This document shows positions 18,624 to 27,571 of a DNA stretch of 64,000 bases, in pieces. Source of the DNA: an uncultured Alphaproteobacteria bacterium. GTDB taxonomy: Bacteria; Pseudomonadota; Alphaproteobacteria; Rs-D84. The stretch covers positions 135,079 to 199,078 of the forward strand of contig CALXMQ010000001.1 of the NCBI GenBank assembly GCA_944389515.1, written 5' to 3'. The position numbers were made by a program, and so were the translations under genes. Within the stretch, counting starts at the first letter, position 1. Each line of letters opens with the position of its first letter. The notes beneath the pieces are model-generated. The model was not told the DNA's origin and did no database searches. It worked only from the letters and a program-made list of their open reading frames with translations.

Positions 18624-19555
18624 AGCATAAACCAGCGTAAAATTCTTTGTTTGAAAGTTAAATATCGTGGTGGGATTTCACGGCAGGATTGTATAAATGC
18701 ACGTTTTGCTTCCTGTTGATATTTGTTATATTTTTTTGGTTTTGAAATTGTTTCCACCATCAGGTAATAAAAAGAATTTTGAAAAAAAGAACGCCAAAAA
18801 TTGGTGTCATATTTATCCAACAAATTTTCACGAATATATTTGAAGTATGTCGGAAACCAATCAAAATAATGTGGGTCAAATTCCGATGTGGTTATTGCGT
18901 TTGGGTGTGTGCGATGGTATACAGATACATTGTTTGTTTCAACCATCAGTTGTGCGCGATAGCATATTTCTAGCATAAATGTTAAATCGTCGCCAAATGT
19001 TGTGAAGCATGGTTGAAAACGCGTTTGGTCGATAAAAGAACGCTTGTAAATGCGCCGCCACAGCCAACACCATTTATGTGCGGTGGGGGCCATTAAAAAC
19101 AGCGATGGTTTACTGATTCCGCCCGTCATAGATACTGTCCATGTTGTATTTTTTGTCGGAATAAAATGGAATTGTTCTGGTACCATTTGTGCACCGCCAC
19201 CAACCATATCAGCATTTGTGGAACGTGCCAAATGCAGCAGCATTTCTAATGCATATTCGGTAAAACAATCGTCTGAATCCAGAAATGCGATATATTCGCC
19301 GCGTGCGGTGTCCAGTCCCCTGTTCCGTGCCGCAGATACGCCCATATGTTTGGGTTGCTGAATCAAACGAAAACGTTTATCGCGATTTGTGTATTCAGTG
19401 ATAATTTTTACGCTGTCATCGGTGCTGGCGTCGTCAATTATTATGCATTCCCAATTCTGCAATGTTTGTGCCAATATGGATTCTAATGCGTCACCAATAA
19501 AGCGCGCATAGTTGTAATTAGCAATAATAATGGATACGTCTGGGTGTTTTTGCAT
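18611..19555 (-). CDS. Glycosyltransferase family 2
   Basis: 'VSIIIANYNYARFIGDALESILAQTLQNWECIIIDDASTDDS', 'YIAFLDSDD'. Confidence 0.85.
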   Translation of the reverse strand: MQKHPDVSIIIANYNYARFIGDALESILAQTLQNWECIIIDDASTDDSVKIITEYTNRDKRFRLIQQPKHMGVSAARNRGLDTARGEYIAFLDSDDCFTEYALEMLLHLARSTNADMVGGGAQMVPEQFHFIPTKNTTWTVSMTGGISKPSLFLMAPTAHKWCWLWRRIYKRSFIDQTRFQPCFTTFGDDLTFMLEICYRAQLMVETNNVSVYHRTHPNAITTSEFDPHYFDWFPTYFKYIRENLLDKYDTNFWRSFFQNSFYYLMVETISKPKKYNKYQQEAKRAFIQSCREIPPRYLTFKQRILRWFMLCLK

Positions 19556-19562
19556 ATTGAAT

Positions 19563-20177
19563 TTATTTGTAGAAGCAAGAGTTTGTAAATTGATAACTGC
19601 CGGCGGTGTCGCGATAAGTATGGTCCTTCAATAGATAACAGTTATATATGTTTGCCCAATATCTTTCTATGAAATATTCACAATCTGGTTCAATAACTTG
19701 CATATATGTGGCGCCTAAACTGCGGCCGGTTGGGTCTGTGTTGGAACAAAAGTATATTTTCCCACCGTGTTGTACACCCCAGGATATGGTTCTTGCTGAT
19801 CGGCCAGTTACCCCACTGTTTGGGCAACTGGAACATATATAGCTGTCGGCACATAATGTTGGGTATAAAGGGTTTCTAATTATTTGACCGTTGGGCCTAC
19901 GACACTGTCCAACGTATAAATTCAGGCCGCAAATGGTGGTTGTTTTTTCGCTGCCATCGTATTCGGTAATGCGATTTGTCCATTTGCCACCGCAAGTGCC
20001 ACCGTCGCAAATTGTTGCGGCACTGCATTGTGCGTGAGTGGTACCAGTAGAATTACCGACTACGGCAGACTGGACAACTGGGTATGTGCAGTATTCAACC
20101 GCGTATGCGTCTATCTTGTATATAACACAAATAAATGTGCTTAAGAAACCCCATAAAATTTTACTGATGGTGTGCAT
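19563..20177 (-). CDS. Exported Cys-rich protein (member B, 204 aa)
   Basis: GGAG RBS before ATG 20177. Signal peptide 'MHTISKILWGFLSTFICVIYKIDAYA'. About 18 Cys. C-terminal 'YRDTAGSYQFTNSC' family motif. Confidence 0.75.
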   Translation of the reverse strand: MHTISKILWGFLSTFICVIYKIDAYAVEYCTYPVVQSAVVGNSTGTTHAQCSAATICDGGTCGGKWTNRITEYDGSEKTTTICGLNLYVGQCRRPNGQIIRNPLYPTLCADSYICSSCPNSGVTGRSARTISWGVQHGGKIYFCSNTDPTGRSLGATYMQVIEPDCEYFIERYWANIYNCYLLKDHTYRDTAGSYQFTNSCFYK

Positions 20178-20335
20178 CGTTTTTCTCCCCTGATTTTTGG
20201 CGGTTGTATGAAACCGGAGGTTTGTTTTCGGCATTTTATTTGTTGACAATGTGGCGGTTTTTCAATTAAAATATATGGTGTATTTGGTCGTATGGTAACC
20301 TCCGGTTATTTTCGGCATGTTTTATTTGTGTATTT
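20178..20335 (-). promoter_or_regulatory. 5' leader of member B with two ATGCCGAAAA(C/T)AA motif copies and complementary AACCGGAGGTT / AACCTCCGGTT segments
   Basis: The minus strand reads 'ACATGCCGAAAATAACCGGAGGTTACC ... AAATGCCGAAAACAAACCTCCGGTTTC ... CAGGGGAGAAAAACGATG'. Confidence 0.45.
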
Positions 20336-20444
20336 GATTGATTTTTCAGTGTTTTTGTTGAATTTCGCTTTTTGTTAAAAAATCTTGAATTCAGCGGTTT
20401 TTATGTATAAAATTGCCGTTGTTGAAACATAAACGGAATAAAAA

Positions 20445-22841
20445 ATGGCAGACGATATTAAAAAAATTCATGAACGCGAAGAAAGATGGCAACGCCGTTG
20501 GGCGGATGCCGGTGTTTTCACCCCTAAAAATGATGGTTCAAAGCAACCGTTTTATATATTGGCGGAATTTCCGTTTCCATCGGGTACTGGGTTGCACGGT
20601 GGGCATATGTTGAATTATACTGGGTGCGATGTTATGGCGCGCTTTCGTCGTATGCAGGGTTATGATGTGTTATATCCGTTGGGGTTTGATTCATTGGGGA
20701 TTTCGGCGGAAAACTATGCCACAAAAATTGGCAAGCATCCGTCCGAAGTTGTTGCAGATTTGATTAAAAAGTTCACTAAAAATATGGTGGAAATGGGTTG
20801 GTCTATTGATTTGAAATCGCAAATTGCGACGTCTGACCCTGAATACATTAAATGGACACAATGGATGTTTATTCAGTTCTTTAATGCAGGGTTGGCGTAT
20901 AAATCGATGTTGCCGATGAATTGGTGCCCGAATTGTCGCACTACCCTGACCAACGAAGAATTAGAAGATGGCAAATGCAATCGTTGTCATGGGTCGGTTG
21001 AAATTCGTGAAAAAATGCAGTGGAATCTGGCGATTACTAAATACGCCGAACGTTTGTTGGATGATTTGGCGTTGGTTGATTATCCAGAACGTGTAAAGCG
21101 CGACCAGATAAACTGGATTGGTAAATCCACCGGTGCAGATGTTGATTTTATGGTTGGCGATGATGTAATGACCGTTTATACCACGCGCATTGATACTATA
21201 TTCGGCGCAACATTTTGTGCGATTGCGCCGGAACATAAACTGGTTGCCAAATGGTTGGCGGATGGGCGTATTAAAAACGCGGACGCGGTGCGTGCGTATA
21301 TCAAGCAGTCGGCGGAAAAATCTGAATTTGACCGGACGGACGCAACAAAGGAAAAAACGGGTGTGCGTTTGGATGGCATAATGGCACGTAATCCATTTAC
21401 TGGGGATGAAATACCGGTGTTTGTGGCGGATTATGTTTTGGTAAATTATGCACATGGTACGATTATGGCGGTGCCGGCGCATGATGAACGCGACTGGGAT
21501 TTCGCGAAAAAGTTTGATTTGAAAATCATCCCGGTTATTGATGGTGGCGAGGCGGACAAGGTTTGGACTGGTGATGGCGCGCATATAAATTCTGGATTTT
21601 TGGACGGTATGAATAAATCTGATGCGATTGCTGCCGCGATTAAATATGGCGTGGAGCATGGATTTGCGCGGCCAAAGACACGATTCAAAATGACTGATTG
21701 GGGTTTTTCGCGTCAGATGTATTGGGGCGAACCGATTCCGTTGGTGTATTGTGAAAAATGCGGTTGGGTGCCAGTACCGGAATCAGAATTACCGTTGATG
21801 CAGCCGTATATGGAAGATTATCGTCCGACCGAAGATGGCGAAAGTCCGTTGGCACGCGCGACTGATTGGGTGAACACGACGTGTCCGAAATGTGGCGCGC
21901 CGGCGCGCCGCGAAACGGATACTATGCCGCAATGGGCTGGGTCATCTTGGTATTATATGCGGTATCTGGATCCGCATGATGACAAAGAATTTTGTTCGCG
22001 TGATAAAATGGAACGCTGGATGCCGGTAAATCATTATAATGGTGGTAATGAACATAACACACGCCATTTGATTTATTCGCGTTTCTGGCACAAGGCATTA
22101 TATGACCTGGGGTTCGTGAATACGGTTGAACCATATAAAAAGCGTACGACCAACGGATTGTTGATGGGGTCGGATGGGAAAAAGATGTCCAAATCTGCCG
22201 GTAATGGTTTCCAGGTTGATGAAATGGTGGCGCGCGTGGGGGCGGATGCCGCACGTACGACTGTGTTGTCATTGGGACCATGGGATACCAATGTAAACTG
22301 GTCGGATGGTGCGCTGGCCGGGGTACAAAGGTTCTTGAAACGTGTGGAAAATATGGCCGATAATTTAACCGATGATGCAATGACGGCCGAACAAGAACGT
22401 TTGGTGCACCAACTGATTGCTGATATGACAGAACGTTTGGAAAATATGCGGTTTAACACGGCGATTTCTGCGATGATGGAATTTATCAACCAGTTCGATG
22501 GTGGTATGCCACGGGATGCGTATGAAGTTCTGATTCAAATGTTAAACCCATTTGCACCACATTTGACCGAAGAAATCTGGGAACGTTTGGGGCATAATGA
22601 TATGTTGGTGTTTCAGCCATGGCCGACGTATGATGCGTCGAAATTGGTTAAAACAACAATGACAATCGTGGCATCAGTAAATGGCAAGCGTGCCGGCGAT
22701 TTCCAAATCGCAGCAGATGCATCAGAATCAGATATTGTTGATGCGGCGCGCAATGTTGCGGCACGTCGTTTGGGTGATGCAGAAATAATAAAAACGATTG
22801 TTGTGCCGAATAAAATGGTGAACTTTGTTGTAAAGAAATAA
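20445..22841 (+). CDS. leuS: Leucyl-tRNA synthetase
   Basis: 798 aa. HIGH-type 'PSGTGLHGGHMLNY', KMSKS 'KKMSKSAGN', CP1 editing-domain region. Confidence 0.96.
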   Translation: MADDIKKIHEREERWQRRWADAGVFTPKNDGSKQPFYILAEFPFPSGTGLHGGHMLNYTGCDVMARFRRMQGYDVLYPLGFDSLGISAENYATKIGKHPSEVVADLIKKFTKNMVEMGWSIDLKSQIATSDPEYIKWTQWMFIQFFNAGLAYKSMLPMNWCPNCRTTLTNEELEDGKCNRCHGSVEIREKMQWNLAITKYAERLLDDLALVDYPERVKRDQINWIGKSTGADVDFMVGDDVMTVYTTRIDTIFGATFCAIAPEHKLVAKWLADGRIKNADAVRAYIKQSAEKSEFDRTDATKEKTGVRLDGIMARNPFTGDEIPVFVADYVLVNYAHGTIMAVPAHDERDWDFAKKFDLKIIPVIDGGEADKVWTGDGAHINSGFLDGMNKSDAIAAAIKYGVEHGFARPKTRFKMTDWGFSRQMYWGEPIPLVYCEKCGWVPVPESELPLMQPYMEDYRPTEDGESPLARATDWVNTTCPKCGAPARRETDTMPQWAGSSWYYMRYLDPHDDKEFCSRDKMERWMPVNHYNGGNEHNTRHLIYSRFWHKALYDLGFVNTVEPYKKRTTNGLLMGSDGKKMSKSAGNGFQVDEMVARVGADAARTTVLSLGPWDTNVNWSDGALAGVQRFLKRVENMADNLTDDAMTAEQERLVHQLIADMTERLENMRFNTAISAMMEFINQFDGGMPRDAYEVLIQMLNPFAPHLTEEIWERLGHNDMLVFQPWPTYDASKLVKTTMTIVASVNGKRAGDFQIAADASESDIVDAARNVAARRLGDAEIIKTIVVPNKMVNFVVKK

Positions 22842-22870
22842 AAAATCCGCCAAACCGGCGGATTTTTTAT
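22842..22870. terminator. Bidirectional terminator between leuS and rpiB
   Basis: 'aaaaaatccgccaaaccggcggatttttt'. Confidence 0.85.
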
Positions 22871-22881
22871 TTATAATATAT

Positions 22882-23328
22882 TTATGAAATCTTTTTTAAT
22901 CTGCGCACACGGCGTTCAGAATCATCAAATGGACTTTCCAGAAACGCGCGTGTGACTAAAAAAGACACTTCGATATCAATATCATCAGCGGCCAATGCCA
23001 AAACGTTGATGTCGTCATGAAAACGGTCGTCGCGTGCCTGGTCTGGGCGGTCACAGCGTGATGCGCGTATATGACGATAACGATTTGCCGCAATTTGCAT
23101 GCCAGCACCAGTGCCACAAATTAAAATTCCACGGGATTTTTCGTCCGTTGCCATTGTGTCGGCCAATGTTTTTGCAACGTCAGGAAAATCAACCGGGGTG
23201 TTTACATCATCTGTGCCCAGGTTTACAACGTTGTATCCAACAGCAGATAACATTTCAATTAAATATAATTTTACCCCTACCCCACGATGATCGGCGGCAA
23301 TATAAATTTTTGATATTGTTTTATTCAT
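22882..23328 (-). CDS. rpiB: Ribose-5-phosphate isomerase B (RpiB/LacA/LacB family)
   Basis: 'IYIAADHRGVGVKLYLIEMLSAVGYNVVNLGT' and 'GILICGTGAGMQIAANR'. Confidence 0.85.
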   Translation of the reverse strand: MNKTISKIYIAADHRGVGVKLYLIEMLSAVGYNVVNLGTDDVNTPVDFPDVAKTLADTMATDEKSRGILICGTGAGMQIAANRYRHIRASRCDRPDQARDDRFHDDINVLALAADDIDIEVSFLVTRAFLESPFDDSERRVRRLKKIS

Positions 23329-23674
23329 TTTTTTTATCCTTGCGTTTTGCCAATTTGCATTCCAGTCCGGTATTGCCAGTTATATTCAATGTAAAATATG
23401 ATAATGTGCCAGTCATTTGGGCGTTGCTGAATATATTTGCAGTATTCACAACCGCTGGGCCATCCAATGTTCCGTGCAGAAATAAATTTGTTGCATTGAC
23501 TTTGCCAATAACGCGGCCGCCGCGACCGATAACAACAGTTTCAGCCGTAATATTGCCAACAACATGACCGTGTATTTGTACGGTGTGATCTGTTTTCATG
23601 TCGCCGGTCAATTTGCATCCAGCACCAATAATGGTCGGAGACTGTTTTTCTTTTGCGTTTGTAAATGCCAACAT
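23321..23674 (-). CDS. Bactofilin (DUF583 polymer-forming cytoskeletal protein)
   Basis: Beta-helical repeat pattern 'IIGAGCKLTGDMKTDHTVQIHGHVVGNITAETVVIGRGGRVIGKVNATNLFLHGTLDG'. Confidence 0.85.
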   Translation of the reverse strand: MLAFTNAKEKQSPTIIGAGCKLTGDMKTDHTVQIHGHVVGNITAETVVIGRGGRVIGKVNATNLFLHGTLDGPAVVNTANIFSNAQMTGTLSYFTLNITGNTGLECKLAKRKDKKNE

Positions 23675-23677
23675 TTT

Positions 23678-24964
23678 TTATTCCTTTACAAATTTTGCAG
23701 GGTCAAATGGTACACCTTTGTACCGAATTTCGTAGTGTAAGTGTGGGCCGGTTGAACGTCCGGTGGATCCAGCCAATCCGATTACAGTCCCAGGGCGTAC
23801 CCAGTCGCCGCGCGTTACCATTATTTGTGACAAGTGCGCATATAATGTTGTGAATCCCAGACCGTGATCGATTTCAACAGTTGTGCCATATCCCACGCGT
23901 TCGCCAGCCGATACCACACGACCCGGTGCAGGCGCCATCAATTCTGTGCCGATTTTGCCGGCAAAATCAATTCCGCGATGACGTTTGGGTTCGCCGGTAA
24001 ATGGGTCTTTGCGTATGCCGAAATTTGATGTAACGCGCACTTTTTCCACAGGCGCCCCCAGTGGCAGCATGATATTTAATTTTGCCAGACCGTTCCATAA
24101 TTCTAAATCATCTGCTAATTTTTGATATTTGGGGTCTAAATCTTTGTCGAATTCAATCGGACTGAATGCGGCGCCAACCAATGGGTTTGAAAATTTATTC
24201 GCATTATTTACCAATTTCGTTTGCGTCAGCCCCAGTGATGCAATCGTGCTGCTGATACCCTTGATATTATTACGTAATGATTCAATATTTTCAGTGGCCA
24301 GTTTGGATACCGCATCTACGATTTGTATATCTGCGGTGGCAATTTGCTGCATAGATTCAACCATTTGGGCGTTTTGCTTTTTCAGCATTTCATTTTCAGC
24401 GCGTGTCAATTCAAATTCTGCGGATAATTCAGACATGTTTCTGTATTCCGCCATGTAATCTTCGTTTGTGAACATTTCTGTCAATCGTGTACGCAGAAAG
24501 TCCAGTTCACCCCATGTTTTCAGGCGGCTGTTCATCAAGTCTTCTTTTTGTTTGTCACTTAAATCTGCGGTGTTCAAAATTTTGTCGTCGATAACGTTCA
24601 AATCACGCGTTAAATTGTTATATTTTTCTAAATATACTTGTAAATCCGTCATTTGACGTGCGTGTAAAGATTTTGCTTCTTCTAATTCTTGGGTGCGGCG
24701 TTGCAGTAATGGGCGATGATATACGAATACATATGTTGACCATGCCGCCCATACAACCAATCCGATTTTTCCACAGAATTTGGTGAATCGCCAAAAACTG
24801 CTTTGTTTGAAAGTGTACACGTTGCCACGTGGGGTGTCCATTACTGTAAATTCGCGTGGTGGAAATATTCTGCATATTACACGCCACATCGCGCGGAACG
24901 GCGATGTTATAAATGCCCACAGGGATGTAAAATATCGTGTTATAAAGTTTATCATATCCATCAC
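23678..24964 (-). CDS. Membrane-anchored M23 (LytM-type) metallopeptidase with a coiled-coil linker
   Basis: N-terminal cytoplasmic tail plus TM 'IGLVVWAAWSTYVFVY', then a long coiled coil. The M23 core is 'HRGIDFAG ... TVEIDHGLGFTTLYAHL ... GSTGRSTGPHLHYEI'. Confidence 0.88.
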   Translation of the reverse strand: MMDMINFITRYFTSLWAFITSPFRAMWRVICRIFPPREFTVMDTPRGNVYTFKQSSFWRFTKFCGKIGLVVWAAWSTYVFVYHRPLLQRRTQELEEAKSLHARQMTDLQVYLEKYNNLTRDLNVIDDKILNTADLSDKQKEDLMNSRLKTWGELDFLRTRLTEMFTNEDYMAEYRNMSELSAEFELTRAENEMLKKQNAQMVESMQQIATADIQIVDAVSKLATENIESLRNNIKGISSTIASLGLTQTKLVNNANKFSNPLVGAAFSPIEFDKDLDPKYQKLADDLELWNGLAKLNIMLPLGAPVEKVRVTSNFGIRKDPFTGEPKRHRGIDFAGKIGTELMAPAPGRVVSAGERVGYGTTVEIDHGLGFTTLYAHLSQIMVTRGDWVRPGTVIGLAGSTGRSTGPHLHYEIRYKGVPFDPAKFVKE

Positions 24965-25635
24965 AGGGTAGCCAATGTATCAGCAATAGTCAAGCCATCA
25001 CGTAAAATAGGCGCGTAATTCATTGGCAGGCCGATATGCATGGTTGCCCCACCCCGTGTGCCAACGCGACCACGTAATAATACCCGTTCCGCGGTGTTTT
25101 TTGAACCGAATAATGGAAAAATAGTAATGTCGCCACAATGACGGTGCATTTCTGATATTATTTCGTCCAGTCTGTCTGATGCAACAATGGTGCAAAAATA
25201 TCCACGGGGACGTACGCGCGCAATGCTTTTTCGTGTCCACATTGTTAAATCTGCGTTGTGATGTGCGTTATGTTTGGCCGGGGTGCCGCGAAAGTACGGT
25301 GGGTTAGTTATTACAACGTCAAATGTTCGATTTGTGCGCCATGATAATATATCTGAATTTATCAATTCAATAGATACATTGTTTAATTCTGCGTTGATGG
25401 CGCAATCTTGTAACATTTCTGGGGATGTGTCCAGGCCTGTCAATTTTATATTGGGGTTATGTATAATGGCACATAAACCTGCCCCACCAGTGCCAATACC
25501 GACATCTAATACTGTTTTTACGTTTTGTGGGATAAATGCAGCCAACCAAACGGCATCGGATGTTGGGTTATATCGTCCACGCCGAATACGCACGCGGCCG
25601 CCCATTAGGGTAAAAAAATCTTGTTTTTGTGACAT
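24961..25635 (-). CDS. Class I SAM-dependent N6-adenine-type methyltransferase (TrmN6/YfiC-like)
   Basis: 'VLDVGIGTGGAGL' SAM motif and 'VITNPPYF' catalytic motif. The alternative start ATG 25653 adds 6 codons. Confidence 0.7.
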   Translation of the reverse strand: MSQKQDFFTLMGGRVRIRRGRYNPTSDAVWLAAFIPQNVKTVLDVGIGTGGAGLCAIIHNPNIKLTGLDTSPEMLQDCAINAELNNVSIELINSDILSWRTNRTFDVVITNPPYFRGTPAKHNAHHNADLTMWTRKSIARVRPRGYFCTIVASDRLDEIISEMHRHCGDITIFPLFGSKNTAERVLLRGRVGTRGGATMHIGLPMNYAPILRDGLTIADTLATL

Positions 25636-25673
25636 ATGTATATAATAATTCATCCAAATAAAAAGGCAAGTTT

Positions 25674-26681
25674 ATGTTTGATAATGCGATGATTGTGCAA
25701 AGTGCGATAAGTGCGTTTAATAACGCGGCTTTGGTTGCGCCTGCGTTTTTATGGTGGGCGGTCTTGGCGTTGCCGTTATTTGCGCTGGTATATTTTTGTG
25801 GAAATGCGTTTGTTGAACGTATTGGATGGAATTCACGGAATTTTATGGCGCGTGCGTCTTTGACGTGTGTGATTTTGACGTTGGCGTGGGTTGTGTTGTT
25901 TGGTGGTAATTATGCGGTGTTGCGTGATAATGCAACCGTGTTGCCGTTTATGATTGCGGCGATTGTGTTTGTTGCGTCTGTATTTATTGGTTCTAATTTC
26001 AAGAATTTGAATTTGCCGCGTTTGCGTGGTGCATCACGTGGGCGTCGTTGGGGAATATTTGCAGCGTGGACGCTGATTTTTGCCGCAGTTGGGTTGTCTG
26101 ATATGCATGCATGGTGGGGGCCGTTGTTACAGATTGGTGCATTTGGTGGTGGTTTATTGGTTGGGCGTATGGCGCGTGGCGAAATGCGACCGGTGGCTGG
26201 GACTGTGTTAGTGATTTTGGCAACAACAGTGGCAATATTGATGCAACCAGAATTTTTCCGGTTTGGTCAGTTGGGCGCGTTGACACCAGTGCATTTATTG
26301 TTCTTGATATTGGTGGCGATGGCTGTTGCGGCGACGGTTGCGTTGCGTAATATTCGGCCGCGTGGATTTATTCGTCACAGTGCGTATGTAAAATTAAAAT
26401 GGTTGGGGCGCTTTATCGCGGTTTTGTGTATGGCATTGTTTGTTTTGACAGAATCTGTGCCAATTTTCTTGGGTATGACATTTGTATTCTTTTTAGTGTT
26501 TGCGATGTCTGTTATGCATATGGACAGTGTGCCTGAACGGGCTGATGAAAAAATGTTTGCGGTGGTTATGATGTTGTTTGGGGTTATTACAACCATGCCG
26601 GCAATAACAGGACTGGGGATTTTATATTGGATGAATTTGCCGCGTGTTACCACATGGCGCGATATCAGATTCCTGTTATAA
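25674..26681 (+). CDS. Polytopic inner-membrane protein, unknown function
   Basis: 335 aa with about 9-10 hydrophobic segments. No motif recognised. Confidence 0.65.
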   Translation: MFDNAMIVQSAISAFNNAALVAPAFLWWAVLALPLFALVYFCGNAFVERIGWNSRNFMARASLTCVILTLAWVVLFGGNYAVLRDNATVLPFMIAAIVFVASVFIGSNFKNLNLPRLRGASRGRRWGIFAAWTLIFAAVGLSDMHAWWGPLLQIGAFGGGLLVGRMARGEMRPVAGTVLVILATTVAILMQPEFFRFGQLGALTPVHLLFLILVAMAVAATVALRNIRPRGFIRHSAYVKLKWLGRFIAVLCMALFVLTESVPIFLGMTFVFFLVFAMSVMHMDSVPERADEKMFAVVMMLFGVITTMPAITGLGILYWMNLPRVTTWRDIRFLL

Positions 26682-26767
26682 TTCGTTATATTTATTGAAT
26701 ACAAATCGCAGTATGAATAATGTATTATTTCAGGCGAAATGTAATGAAAATATAGGCCTGAATAATT

Positions 26768-27571
26768 ATGAGTAACATACATCCAACAGCAATAATTCAT
26801 CAGGGCGCTGTTTTAGGCGCTGATTGTAAGATTGGTCCGTTTTGCATTGTGGGATCAAACGTTGTATTAGGCGATCGTGTCGAATTGGTTTCAAATGTTG
26901 TTATTGATGGTAAAACATCAATCGGTGATGATTCTATTGTTTATCCGTTCGCAGTTCTGGGCGTAATGAGTCAAGATTTGAAGTGGCAAGATGAATCTGC
27001 CATGACAGGATTACGTATTGGCAAGCGTTGTAAAATTCGTGAATATGTTACAATTCATTCTGGAACACCGGCGTCTGATGGCACGGTTATTGGGGATGAT
27101 TGTCAGATTATGGTAAATGCGCATGTTGGGCATGATTGTAAAATTGGAAACAGTGTTGTTATGTCAAACTTGGTTCAGGTGGCTGGACACGTAGAAGTCG
27201 AAGATTTTGCAATATTGTCTGGGGGCGTAATGGTTTTGCAATTTGCCCGTATTGGACGTAATGCGTTTATTGGAGGTATGTCCGGGGTTGGTAATGATGT
27301 GTTGCCATATGCGATATATGACGGAACACCGCGTGCGGTATATCGTACCATCAATCGTGTCGGTTTAATGCGTCACGGATTTACAAACGAAGATATGCAT
27401 GCAATTCATAATGTTTATTCTGCGGTATTTCGTGACAATGACGGGACAGTATCTGAACGTTTGGCGCGTGTTCGCAAAGAAGTAAAAAATAATAAATATG
27501 CCATGGATGCGATTGATTTTATAGAAAATCGTTCAAAACGCGGAATTGGTACATCAAAAAATGCAGAATAA
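26768..27571 (+). CDS. lpxA: Acyl-ACP--UDP-N-acetylglucosamine O-acyltransferase
   Basis: Hexapeptide-repeat beta-helix 'IHPTAIIHQGAVLGADCKIGPFCIVGSNVVLGDRVELVSNVVIDG', 'NAHVGHDCKIGN', and the helical C-terminal domain. Confidence 0.92.
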   Translation: MSNIHPTAIIHQGAVLGADCKIGPFCIVGSNVVLGDRVELVSNVVIDGKTSIGDDSIVYPFAVLGVMSQDLKWQDESAMTGLRIGKRCKIREYVTIHSGTPASDGTVIGDDCQIMVNAHVGHDCKIGNSVVMSNLVQVAGHVEVEDFAILSGGVMVLQFARIGRNAFIGGMSGVGNDVLPYAIYDGTPRAVYRTINRVGLMRHGFTNEDMHAIHNVYSAVFRDNDGTVSERLARVRKEVKNNKYAMDAIDFIENRSKRGIGTSKNAE

